A DNA stretch of 60,785 bases, the filler included, from Sphacelaria rigidula (taxonomy: Eukaryota): NCBI GenBank assembly GCA_964200075.2. It is 5 parts of 5 records of this genome, joined end to end, with 100 filler letters (N's around TTAATTAATTAA, not from the genome) between each part and the next. Parts side by side here need not be neighbours in the genome. Positions count along the whole stretch, not along the records: positions 24,355 to 36,431 come from CAXNAA020004152.1; positions 36,532 to 48,608 come from CAXNAA020004153.1; 3 more parts are not named here. One strand, written 5' to 3'. This document shows positions 24,519 through 36,605 of the stretch, in pieces. A model generated the notes under the pieces. It saw only the letters and a program-made list of their open reading frames with translations, was not told where the DNA came from and made no database searches. The translations under genes were made by a program, and so were the position numbers. Position 1 is the first letter of the stretch, and each line of letters begins with the position of its first letter.

Positions 24519-27500
24519 ATCGTGCATGAAAGACGGGTCTGAGAAACAGCTGCTGTACTCTGTGGACGGAGCGGTGCCTGAAGGCGCCCTGTGTGCTCTC
24601 ATGGGGCCTAGCGGGAGCGGTAAGGCATCGGTGACTATTGTTGCCACAGAAAATCGCGGTGCGATACCGTACACGAGCGCACCGCCTCCACCATGTGGTT
24701 GTCGCGTTTTTTGCAGCCGCTGTATTGTAGTGTATCTGTATACTTGATGTTCGACGTGGGCGGTCGAGGTTGCTGTTCAATAGTGTGGTATATAGAAGTT
24801 GAACCCAACCTGCTTTCATCGCCCTTGCCACTTGAACGATCTCCTACCCGCAAGCCCTCGGAGGGGAACGTCGGGGACGTTTCTCGGGCCCGTTACTCGG
24901 GGTCCAAGTAAGTTATTCCGTTCGTTTTATCTTTCTTTGTTTTTCTTGTTCGCCTCTCTTCTCGAGCTTGTTTATCGAATTCGTGTCGCTACCTCTTCTG
25001 GAGGCCTCTCGACCACGGCTGGATTCGTACGGGATCAGTGAAATGTGCGATAATCAATCAATCAATCAATTGACCAATATCGCACTTCTGCTGGAAATCA
25101 CATTCTGGATACCAACTTGTACATGCATCACGCAGACCCGGAGCTGGGTGACGGTAAGCACCAAGACCATCTGCTGTGTACTAGGTGCGCCAAATCTTCA
25201 GCAAATGCCATCAGGCGAAACGTTGCGTTACCCGGCAGTAATCTGTGTCGGTGATCTCGAACGGTAAACTCGAAATATTTCCCCTTTACTTCTCGAACAG
25301 CGTACGCGGTACCTCGCGCCAGCTGTCTTATTTCGATCACGTTCATACGCATTTCCACTCGTCGTTCATCCGTTGGTGATTGCCGGCCCGCATGCCCCAC
25401 CTCTTTTCTCGAAAAACTGGAACCAGAAACACAAAAAAGACTCAATGCTGCCAACGTCGAGTCCAAACAAATTTGCCAAGACCTTTACAGAAGGAGTTAC
25501 TGCAACAGCTTGACTACCGAGGCGCGGTGTATAGTTGTTCAGCTTTTTGCGGCCGTCAAACTCGTATGTGCGATTTCATTTTGGCGGCCGTAATCCCATG
25601 TTTCTCCTGGGATATTCTGTCGACTTCCTTAACGGAACAGGAAAGAGCACTCTTTTGGACTTGCTCACCGGCCGGCGGGCGGTTGGGCGATGCGAAGGGG
25701 AAATCTACTTTGAGGGCAAGAACATTGTCGAGCAACAGGTGGGTGCAGCAAGCACTCTGCGGGCATGGGTGTGTCAAGCCAACTAGTTGTGTTCACTCGT
25801 CCTCGTGTAGATGACGTATCACGGAATCAGGATGGGCGCAGCATCTTCTGGTTGTGCAAATGTTCGTGTTCCTTGTCGTGTGTTGCGAGAGTGGCAGAGA
25901 ACGACAAATACAATATACAAGGTACGGGAGACATGAGGGAACACACACCTACAGGGAGACGGGGAAAATAATGAAAAATTATGTCCAAAATCCTATATTG
26001 GCCCATCAACTTGCACTTTCATTGCGTTTGCCCATTTCCCCTCCCGAAAGCAACTGCGGTCCTCCATACCAGTTCGCTCTCCCTTTTTTTCTCCTCTTCA
26101 CTTTTCAATGTGCGTGAAAAATAGGTTTTCAACCGGTTTCGGGTTTTCGAAAGGGATGTACCATGCATTCTCTAGCGACCGATTCTGTTTTCGTCGAGGT
26201 CTCATAAAATTCATCAAACAAAATATGAGCAGTCTTGCTACAGCATGTTATTTTTTTCTAACATAGATTTGTTTCGCGACCGAATATGTTGGCGATGACG
26301 GCTACGACGACGACGACAACGATGACGACCACCGAAGAAATCATTTATCCTGAGGTCGGGCTACATGCGCCAGGACAACACCGGGTTCTTGGACGGACTG
26401 TCCGTGTTCGACAACCTCGTCTACGCCGCTATGCTACGCATGCCGGGCACGCTGGAAGCCCAGGTCAATCGCGTCGAAACGTGAGTTGCGCATTTTTGCA
26501 CACGTCAGAAAGGTCATGAGCTAGAGCAATGCTACGGTAGGGGTGCACGTTTTTCGCGAAAGTTTGTCTGGTTCAGGGGCTCCTGACGACTCTAGACACA
26601 CAAGCATATGGGTCAGGGCATCCCCGTTTGCAGATTCATTCGGGATATCCCCAGCACATCGGAAAAGTATTCCTGGCGTGCTCTCTCGCATATTCTCATA
26701 AGTCGTGTTTTGGATGAGATAGAGGACTCCTAACAATTCTAACCTCAGAAAATATTTGTGCACCCCTACCTAGCATCACTCGCTACCCAAAATAACTAAT
26801 CGAAGGAGACTCTTAGATCCCTCATCCAAAAGCACACATTACGTGACAGCAGCGTCCGAGAAGCCAAAGCGCTACCTTTACGCTACTTCGCGTGCTCGGT
26901 GTCCAGCGCTGAAGGGAGCAAATATGGGAAAAACGGCCACACGAGCTAGCTCGTGATCCGGATCAGTACACTAATAACAAGTAATATTCAGGTAGCTCAT
27001 GAGCTGTCCGACGTGTGCATTTTTGGCAATTACAGCCTGCTAACGCTGAGGAAGTGTGTGCGAGAGATTTACGCCATTATCGTCCTCGGCGGTAGCCGAG
27101 TGCGGCGATTACTCTCCCCGCAGATGCGGGCTCGTCAAGAAGGAACCTTCAATTGGGCCAAGGCTCGATAATATTTTTCATTTTTTTTCAAGTGTGTCTC
27201 AACCCTTTGACGGTCACAGTGGGTCGGTCATGTGGGCCTTCAGTTGATTTCTTCACGTTTGCAAAAAAAGACACTACTTTTATTCTTATTCACGTGTTTG
27301 GAAGCGTTTTCTTATACCCAACCGCGTCTGTACATGAAAGCCGCCGCATGATGACCCCCCTCCCCTCATGCACTATTTTTCTGAACAAAAACATTTCTGT
27401 GTTGGAAATGTGGCTTGTCTGTGTACAAAGTACGCAGCATGGTGTCCGTCTGTCAACGTGACAAAAAAAATGGTTCACCTCGTCAACCCAGCTCTAATGA

Positions 27501-29974
27501 GAGAGCTCGCAGAGGATGCGCAGTGTTGAGTGATGCTACGGTAGGGGTGCACAAATATTTTGTGAGGTTGGAATTGTTAGGAGCCCTTGATCTCATGCAA
27601 AACACCACTTATGAGAATATGTAAAATTACGCAAGGATTACTACCCCAATGTGCTGGGCATGTCCCGAATGAATTTGCAAACAGGGATGCCCTGACCCAT
27701 ATTCTTGTGCATCTATAATCGTTAGGAGCCCCTGAATTAGACAATATTTCGCGAAAAAAGAGTACCCCTACCGTAGCATTGCTCTGCTGGTGAAACACTT
27801 GCTTCGTACAGTAAAATAAGTGATGGTTTTCACTGGCGCTTCAATCGGCCGAACAAGAGTCAAACACGATCAGCTTCCACTCTACAGAAACTGATGACAA
27901 GATGGTAAGTCTGCTTGAGGTGGGTAGCTTTGGAGAGTAATGGCGAAGGGTTATGTTGATCTCTCGACGAAACTCTTGGGTACTGTAAAACCGTTCATGC
28001 AAACCCTTGATACCTTGGATTCCACGTATCAAACACCCTAATTCTGACAACTCCTCATCACTCTGACACTTCCGCCTCTACAGTGAGCTGTTCAGTATCC
28101 CACGGCGGGTGTTTTACCTCTTCATTTACTGCGATCCTCGCTACTGATGCTGAACCGTAACTGGTTCTGCCGCTAAACTTGAACTTGCCTATATATTCGG
28201 AACAGTTTTTCTTGAATCCCAACATTCTGAACCTTGATATATTAATCGGTCATGGTGTGGGGCGTAGTACAGTATGTTTTACCGTACAGCGGTTCTCGTG
28301 TTTTCGCGCAGCAGAAGTAACGGCTATTCTCAACCCTTGTCGATCAGCGATAATGCCCGAGTGGTGGCAATGTTTTCACGCTGCAGAAGTAGTGAATATC
28401 CTAAAACTTTCTCATGACATGAGTAATCCGTGTTCCATCGACAAATACAAACTGAAGCCACTGCCAGTTTAGTACCTGAGACCAGAGAAGAAGCAGGGTT
28501 GCTATTCATAGGTGAAGTTGCAAGTGTCACTGCATTCGTGTTGGCGATATGTTTCTTGCTACAATCCGGTTTGACGTACAGTAGTACAGAATCAAACCCG
28601 CAGTAGAGCAACGACCGCATCATAATGCGGGATTGGCGGGAAGATTCGTATTTTTGGCTTCTACCGACGTTCTCTTCAGCAAAAAATGTTTTTTACTGTT
28701 GACTTTATATGCAATAGAACAGGACAGCAGGTGTGAAACCACCGCGCGCCCCGGTGGTGTGAAATACTGTCATCATGATGGGCCAATCGACAGCAACGGC
28801 GGAAGGTGGCGGGTTCGAGTCTCGACAAACACGGTCGTTTTGAGCAGGATCCGTTTTTCATCGTCGAAGGCGTGATGACGCAGTTGACAAAGATTATTCG
28901 ACAAGAGCCGACCCGGTGCGGGAGTGCTGATCTGTTATAGTCTCACGTAAAACAATGTTGCGCAACTGTTATATTACCGGGGAACAAGTGAGTCGACAAG
29001 CCGACCCCTTGACAGTACGAGCTCGCCCCGAGGAGGGGGAAAGGTTGGAAAACATGATCAAGAGAACCGAAACAGGTCGGTGGGTTTGGCCTTCATCATA
29101 CGTGTCTCTTTACTACCAGGGGGGGCGTACTCATTTGTTGCTTGCCTTAGTCGTTTGACCATTGACCACGCATCCCTTTCGAGACGGAGCACTTTACTAA
29201 CGGAGCACTTTACTACCAGGGATGAATCTATTGGGCCAGGGGTATGGCCGGACAGGTAGGAATCAAATTTGAAGTGTTTTGGTCTAACGACTGATAAGGT
29301 AATGCTCAGAAGTTAACTCGCAAAACTGCCCGGGCCAAACGTGGACTTTTATTGCTATATTTTTTTGTTGATGCAGTATAACCGGTTGGTGTTCAGAAGC
29401 TCTACCCTTCTCCACTCTCATTAGCCAATCTCTTACTGACCCCCCGCGCCCCCTCCTCCCAAACAAAACAAAATAGGGTGATTGAGGAGACGGCGCTAGT
29501 GAAGACACGCCATACGAAGGCGGGTAGCCTGAGCGGGGGGCAGAAGCGCCGCCTCACGCTAGCCCTCGAGCTGCTCGCGGATCGGCGCATCCTGTTCCTG
29601 GATGAGCCCACCTCAGGGTTGGACGCGACGGCCTCCTTAGACATGCTGCGCATTCTCAAGCGCCTGTCTAGAAAGGTTATTATGCACTGTTCATTTACAA
29701 TATCTCTCAATGACCGACATAATTGATGTTCTCAACAGGATAATGGATGATTAGATGAGATCAGTATATATGGATATATATATATATATGTGTGTGTCTA
29801 AATGCTGCCAACTAACGCGCACACACAGGATTTCATATATTTGCTTTGGGCTGTACACGCTTCTTGTCAATAAGTGATGAGTCCTTGACGGATGCTCGTG
29901 GGAGATTTTCCCCTTTTTTTGTGCTACTATCCACATTTGTTGCACAACTTACACACAAAAACGAATGAGGCAAG

Positions 29975-30007
<33 letters not shown>

Positions 30008-33000
30008 ACACAAGCACGTCCCATGGGGTGGAGCCCGCGGCGCGGGGCGGGTGCTGTGGGGGGTTGGNNNNNNNNNNGTCTGATCTTCCCCCTTTTTTTT
30101 GATATCCCCCACTCTTTGTCCCACACCATAAAACAAAAAGCAAGAGGGGCACCCCCCCCCCCCCCCCCCCCCGAAGAAAAAAATTATGTGTAGCTCTCGA
30201 GAGTTCTGTACGTGGAGTCCCCATGGTGGTGTTGCTTCCGGTGCAGCGTCCTTCATATTAACCCTCATCCTCACCTCCTTACTCCCAGAGCGGTGGCATG
30301 GTGTGATTATCCGGTATTGTCTCATCCACTTGACATATTCGTGCTGCTGTGTATTACCAGGTTACGATGGTTGTCGCGATCCACCAGCCGCGGCCGGAAA
30401 TCTGGGAGCTATTTTCGCACACCATCTTGATCAAGAGCGGTCGAGCGGTGTTTTGCGGCCGCGCTTCACAAGCGATCAGTGCCGTGGCAAGGTGACCATC
30501 ATTCTGCACATTAGATAGAATAAATTTGATATCGTCGCTTTTGGTGTTCTACCAGCGTATATACGCAAATACTAACGACATGGTTCTATTTCTTCTCATC
30601 TCTTTTTATTGTGGCCTGTTGTACCTCGTGTACCCGTACCCACCGCCCCGCATGCTTGGTCTCATTTTGCCGATAACGTCTCACTACCCGACGGCACTAG
30701 CTGACGAGGAGTGGTCAGTCATGTCACGTGAGGCTTGTTGCGTTGCGAGGGGGGTTCTCCTCAGCGCGGCTTCTGTGAACCCCCAACACTACCTGTAAGC
30801 CGAAACCCTTACTCAGCACAGACGGAGAACCCTCGGGCAAGGGGGTTGTCAGGTACAGTGTGCGAGGCAAAATTGCGCGTTGACCGATCTGGCCCAAAAC
30901 CTGTCCTGAGCACGCTGGGTGAGCCCGTGGAACTTTGAGCTCTGCAAAGATTCGAATATGAGCACTTCCACCAGGACCAAGTATTCTTGCACCTTACACC
31001 CATGGATTAGGGGCTCCGGGTTGGGGAGAACTGTACTCTACCTCGCCCCCTTTCGGCCACTTCTGACTGCAAGCCCCTCACCCAGGTAGAAAACGCAAAC
31101 TCTTGTCTTTCACAAACGGAAGCCGACTCTTTATGTCCATTCGTTGCGGATTCGTGGAATAGGAGAGTAGATACTGTACCGCTCACGACTGTACTGCTAT
31201 GGGTTTTTGTACAGTGTTGCGGGCGTTTTTCGTTTTTATCGTTGCGGATGCTATGTATGTGTATGCGTGTGTGTTTCGTCATGCTTCCAGCCGCTTCCTC
31301 TCCTTGGAACAAGACCGTAGTGCGGGGATGAAGCCATCTCCCCCTCGGTACATGCCTGACCATGTGGTATCGCGGATTCGATCATGACCAAAGCTCCAGC
31401 ACCGCGTCGAATTTCGTGTGTGTGTGTGTATGTGCGCGCGCGATTTGTATTTTTCCCCGTCGGTGACAAGTAATGGTCGGGTAGCGCGTGCGTGTTGTAT
31501 AGTGATGAGAAATGAACGTTGGTTTTCATGTACCGCACGTACTATTTATGCCGTGATTATATACTGTATCCGTAAATGTATGTATTCCGACGAACACGAA
31601 CACCTTGGCAAAACGTCAGAGGTATTTTGAGATGAAGGGTAAATAATTCCTGTGTATGTCCCCGATTCATGAATATATCTCCGGTTCACGTTTGCGTGTA
31701 ACTATAAGTAAACATGTTATGACTGGGATCATCGTCTCGGGAGGGTATCCAGACTTCAGGTTTCATGGGAAATTCTAGCAGGAATCAATCCAAACTCCCC
31801 CCCCCTCCCCTCCCCTCCCCCTACGAGCATCCAATGACCCTAGTGACGAACGCCGATGATAGCTGTGAAAATATTGACCTGACCGTGGTTTGGCTTTGCA
31901 CACAGCCGAACATAATTCGTTTATTTTTATTTTCCTGTAACCTAACCCGCACAGATTAGCTTGTCCACTTATTCCTTTTGTGTTTTTTTCACTTGCCCAG
32001 AGCTATATCGAAGAGGCTGCAGTACAGTAGTAGCCACGCGGTTCAAAAACCTTACTATTTAGCCAATGAGAGGAGACCGGTCACGTCTGAACATATATGA
32101 CCCATTTCGCGGTGTGGGGAGCGGGATGGAATTATGACCTGTAAGCAACGAGGCTTTTTGAAGGATAAATCGAGCAACGACACGCGTGTACGTGCATGCT
32201 CGCAGGGTTACACGTCGTCAAGCTACCGAGATATCGGTAAAGATCGACACGAGTGTGATTTCAAGTACTCGTTGCTACCTCGACCAAGGATTCGATGTCG
32301 TTGTGGTCGGGCAGCAACACGGTCGAGCCATCTCCGTCCCCCTACTGGGGGATGACTCTGCATCTAACCCCTTCCCCGCTCCCATGACCTCATGACCCCG
32401 GCCGGTCCATCGCTGTTCCTATTCCCCAGATATCTGCCAGGAGCCGCAGATGCAACTGCAGGCAAACAACGCACCAAGTACGTCCTGCGGCACAGAGGGA
32501 GTCTCAGTCCATCCGCGAGCAGCTTCCGCTCGGATATGACATTCGACGCCGCCACCGCAAACAGAACGGCAAGTCTCAACGCCTCATCCCTCAGCGACTT
32601 CTCCGACGACGACTCCATTTCCTCCGAAGATCTATCGGACAATTACTCATCCTCGAGCTCCTCCTGCACGGCTTCCGACGCGGAATATGCATCTGGGCCG
32701 ACCGGCGGTTACAGCAGCGGGAGCACCCGGGGAAGGAGCCGAGCCGCAACGAGAGGCCCCGACAGTTGCGTGCGGCGCCGCGGAAGCTTGGGTGGCGACG
32801 GTGCTGCCGACTACGGGAGCAAGGGCGCCCGGGAGTTGGTGGGCAAGTCACCGTTAGCGCGGGCAGCGGCGGTGGCTGTAAGGGGGAGTATCTTGGAGCA
32901 ACGAGAACAACAGCAGCAGCGACGGCAGCAGCCGCAGCAGCAGTGGTTGAACACGCTGAAAAATTCGGTTAGCGAGGAAGATGCACAATGCGGGAGAGGC

Positions 33001-35836
33001 GCGCCGACCGATGGAAGCGCGGCTGTGCAGCGCGGAGCTAAGGTGACGCTTGAGAGTGGCGACGGAGAAACGAAGGAGGGGGACGAGTGGAGCGGTAGAG
33101 AGGGAGGCGGGAGGGACCCCAGTAGTAGCACCAGAAGCCGGAGAAGCCGCATGTTCTTCCCGAATTTTAGGGAGTCGTCGACGCACCCGTTCTCGTCGAA
33201 CTCGGTCGAGTCACTGTCGCAGAAGGGCTCTCCGGTTTCATGGGCGTCTGATATCTTCGCGGGTGATGTTGGGGGTACTGCTGGTGCTGGTGTCACACGC
33301 ATCGGAGATGACTATGTGGTGGATATATCGCCGTTCGGGTCGGATCGCAAGAGGTGCGTGCTATTTATTTCGAGTGGGTGCCGGGAGTGTATTGGTATGC
33401 TCATTCATCCTGCACCCTTCCCTTTGTTTAGGTTATACATTCTCAACTGCCGTACGTTAACACCCCCGCAAGATGGAAATCAGGGGAAAACAGGTGCCAA
33501 AACCGAAAGTAGACGAGGAATGGTACTTGGAGATACACGGGAAATTGGGAGAAGGGACAAGGGTGGAAACATATCTGCACGACGCGGACAAAGTTGAAAC
33601 TGCGATTTCGGGTGGGCGACCTGGACCTGCCAGAAAGGAGGGGGGGTACTCGTATAAAACGATGGGCGGATGGAGGAAGTAGATGCCCGTGTGGTGAATG
33701 AACAGAGAGTAGAAGTCATACAGTGGCAGAATATGAACTATACTCGGAGGGACAGGGCGTGTTAGAGGGGGAAATGTGGGAAGTAAGCGAAGGTGGCATG
33801 GAATCGTTTGGTACACTAGGCAGTGGCGAGAAAACGATCTCCATACTAGGAGATTGGTGGTGGTGGCCACAAACGGCAAAGACAGGAAGGGGATGATAAG
33901 ATATGCAAAATGTTCTTTGAGTAATGTATGGAAGAAACGTAATTAGCGCCCAAATGTTGGAGGTGTCTTCATGAGGAGTAGGAACAGTGCTAGGAACACT
34001 GCTCCGTTTCGAAAGGGATGCGTGGTCGAGGGTCGAATGACCACGGCAAGCAACGAATGCGACCCCCCCCCTGCCTGGGGACAAGTCTGCTGTATCAACG
34101 GGGGAAAGGCCTCCTAGAGTCGAGTCAAGGACGGAAGAATGCATTGAGCACGTTTAACCGTTGGTGAGAAATCCAGCAAGAGGCGTTGCATCGCACGGAG
34201 GTTACCCTTTAGATCGCGGTGTGGCTAGTTTATCCGGATCACGCATACTTTTTTTTGAGTGAATATGAATCCGATTCAGCAGGTAGGTGACCTACCCTCG
34301 CGGCCGAAGGGTTCACCCTTTTGGAACCCATTGACATTATTTTTTTTTGTAAATCGGCATCATTTTGCTTGAAAATGACTGAAAATGGCTGAAAATTATG
34401 CCGATTCACGTGAACAGAATTCGTCGATGGGTTCCAATAGGGTTTCTGCACGAGCATAGCTAATTCTGCTATTTTTGCCGTGCATTGCTATCTGCTGCAA
34501 CCTGCTCACAAAATAACAACGGAGCGCGATCCGTTTGACGGAAGTAATTGGACTCGGTGTCTTCGCCGTGCGGATATGGTTAACATTCCATCGCGGCATT
34601 CGGTTTTCCGTCACGCGTTTAATCTCCCCTTCCTCTTGCCACTCCTGCGCGGAATGAGCCCGTACTGTTGTCGACGGGTTACCCCACCCGTCTATCTCCT
34701 GACATTGTACTTGCCTGGCATTTAGGCAACAAGAAATGGATCAACACGCCTGCATCGCAACTATTTCGTCGAGCTAGATCCGTAGACAAGGCAGCACCCT
34801 TTGGACGTGTATATTATGGAGGTCAGCGCTACACGTCCATCCACCGCCTTCCCTGTCGCTCTGCAGCATACAAGCACGAAACGCGGACGATACAGTAGCA
34901 CCCCTACGCTTAAAGTAGGATCAAAGTTGTTGTTGAACGATCCGCTCACGCTATCGTTACCGCCAAATGAAGAAAAACGTTTTATCGCCACAAATAGAGA
35001 CATACTATGAGGGCGCGCTCGTGAGGTGTCAGTGCCACCGTTAACAAATCAACCATCAACCAGTACTGTATCGTCTACATTTTCTTTCGCCTTTCCATTA
35101 TCTCTGTACACCAGTAAATATACTGTTGAAGAAATAGCCTTTTGTCACCAGTGCTTTGCCGAAGTTTGCGGTCTAGTCCGCGCTTGGCGTTTTCTTGGAT
35201 GTCACACCACCAATCTACATCTCTGCCCAGTACTTGGGTGGTGCACACGAACACGATAGTGCAGAGCACATGGCATCAGGAAAAAAGCGAGTAAAAAATA
35301 CTCTGGTCGAACCATCGGTCAGACGAAGAGGTTACCCGGAAAACTTTGTTACCTGTCACCGTCTTATGGTTTCAAACATGAGCCGAACGGTAGTACTCTT
35401 CACTTCTTGGAACGAACAGATGCGTACCGTTAGAAGTAGGGAATACTCCGAATGAAGCATTTGTTTTTTCTGACGAAAAAAAAAACACCCTGGCTGTGTG
35501 TGTATGTGCTGGCGCAGGCTTCCCGTCATGTCGGACAGCAAGCGTCACTCGTCGATAGCAGAGTGGGAGTCCACGAGACCCCGATGGGAATCTGGGAGAG
35601 TTCATCAACACACAGGCCTCCCAATACTCCAGCAGCTTTCCATTTTCGACGAAGAGGGGTCGGATGACGGTCCTTTCATGAGTTCCCCATTGCGCAAGGC
35701 TCAAGGCTCAAGGCGGCGGCTGAGCCATCGAGGTTCGGACTCAGGGGGCAAGGGCAGGCGGCCGTCGTTATCGTCCTCCGTCACCTTTTTGGAGGGACTG
35801 CCACGCAGTGTACCGGACAGGATCTTGGATATGCTG
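24519..35836 (+). CDS. ABC transporter G family (White/ABCG type), nucleotide-binding domain and linker; partial, TMD not found in the contig
   Basis: Phase-consistent exons 24519-24619, 25641-25738, 26338-26480, 29477-29675, 30361-30491, 31291-31347, 32430-33353, 35518-35836. Walker A ALMGPSGS|GKSTLLDLL (split by an intron), Q-loop GYMRQD, signature LSGGQKRRLTLALELL, Walker B ILFLDEPTSGLD, H-loop AIHQPRPEI, and an NPxD-like motif SVPDRILDML. Confidence 0.9.
26524..26781 (+). mobile_element. MITE, about 258 bp, GAG...CTC termini, 4-bp TSD (copy 1)
   Basis: Imperfect 25-bp TIRs GAGCAATGCTACGGTAGGGGTGCAC / GTGCACCCCTACCTAGCATCACTC; TSD GCTA/GCTA. Confidence 0.85.
27528..27784 (-). mobile_element. 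MITE, GAG...CTC termini, 4-bp TSD (copy 2, inverted relative to copy 1)
   Basis: Same TIRs and internal sequence in reverse orientation; flanks TGTT/TGCT. Confidence 0.85.
29119..29191 (-). mobile_element. Short copy of the poly(C)-tailed LINE 3' end with 14-bp TSD
   Basis: Reverse strand reads TGCTCCGTCTCGAAAGGGATGCGTGGTCAATGGTCAAACGACTAAGGCAAGCAACAAATGAGTACG-C7. CTTTACTACCAGGG is duplicated at 29108-29121 and 29208-29221. Confidence 0.85.
33490..34071 (+). mobile_element. Degenerate 5'-truncated non-LTR retrotransposon (LINE) 3' end with poly(C) tail, in an ABCG intron
   Basis: Frameshifted translation WYLEIHGKLGEG..TYLH / KLKLRFRVGDLDLPER / CPCG..ESRSH (zinc-knuckle-like, typical of non-LTR ORF2 C-termini) / EKTISILG..WWPQ / NVWKKRN / APFRKGCVVEGRMTTASN, followed by a C-run. 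Its last 70 nt match ten other copies in the window. The 5' boundary is approximate. Confidence 0.75.
34205..34442. mobile_element. Two abutting TTAA-type MITEs (34205-34311 and 34316-34442)
   Basis: The first matches 60532-60640 (GATTCAG..TAGGTGACCTACCCTC) and the second matches 9300-9413. They are separated only by TTCA, a degenerate TTAA. Confidence 0.7.
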
Positions 35837-36431
35837 GTTCGTTTGGTTCCTCCTGTGGTGTTGCCCAATGATTTAATCGAGAGCCCAGATCGACTCGATC
35901 GATACACGTGTGAAAAACGCCTGCTTTTTGGCCCGTGGACGATAATGTTCCAGAGGTCGTGTGTCGCGCTCCAAGAGTCGAGTTTAACGTTTTTCTTGCG
36001 TATTCGATTGTACGCTGGTTGCTACCCTCAAGTAACCGTCAAACATGGTAACGTCAACGATTGTTCGGGGGGGGGGGGGGAGGGGGGGAGGATCATGGGG
36101 GTTCGATACCCATTCCCCAACAATGCGCCGGGCGCCGTATTTTTCTTGGTTTCCGTTTCAGGGTGACAAAAGGAAATATTGGGCGAAGTCATTAACAAGA
36201 TTCGATGAAAGTGAACGGGTTTTGGGAGTAAGGCCGGATGCTACGGCACAAATATTTTTGGCCCACGGATTGTTCGATTTTGGGACGTTTGACCCACTTT
36301 ATGACCCCCAAACAGGGAAAATCGCCAACACACGTCTCGGGCACTTTGCATCCCCCCACGGAGAGGAGCCTAACCTACTTTTCAGATTCGCTTGGCTCCG
36401 AGGTTCCGAGATTGGCCGCTGAACAATAATT

Positions 36432-36531
36432 NNNNNNNNNNNNNNNNNNNNNNNNNNNNNNNNNNNNNNNNNNNNTTAATTAATTAANNNNNNNNNNNNN
36501 NNNNNNNNNNNNNNNNNNNNNNNNNNNNNNN
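36432..36531. other. Artificial contig linker
   Basis: Identical 100-bp spacer. Confidence 0.97.
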
Positions 36532-36605
36532 CCCCATCTCGAAAGGGATGCGTGGTCAATGGTCAAACGACTAAGGCAAGCAACAAATGAGTACGCCCCC
36601 CCCCC
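36532..36605 (+). mobile_element. Poly(C)-tailed LINE 3'-end copy (at contig start)
   Basis: TCTCGAAAGGGATGCGTGGTCAATGGTCAAACGACTAAGGCAAGCAACAAATGAGTACG-C10. Confidence 0.8.

Noticed and set aside
29119-29191. tRNA or tRNA-derived SINE reading of the 71-nt repeat (starts GGGGGCGTA.CTCA, contains TTCGAGA)
   Set aside because: No acceptor stem or T-stem pairing; the opposite strand is explained as the coding end of a LINE ORF.
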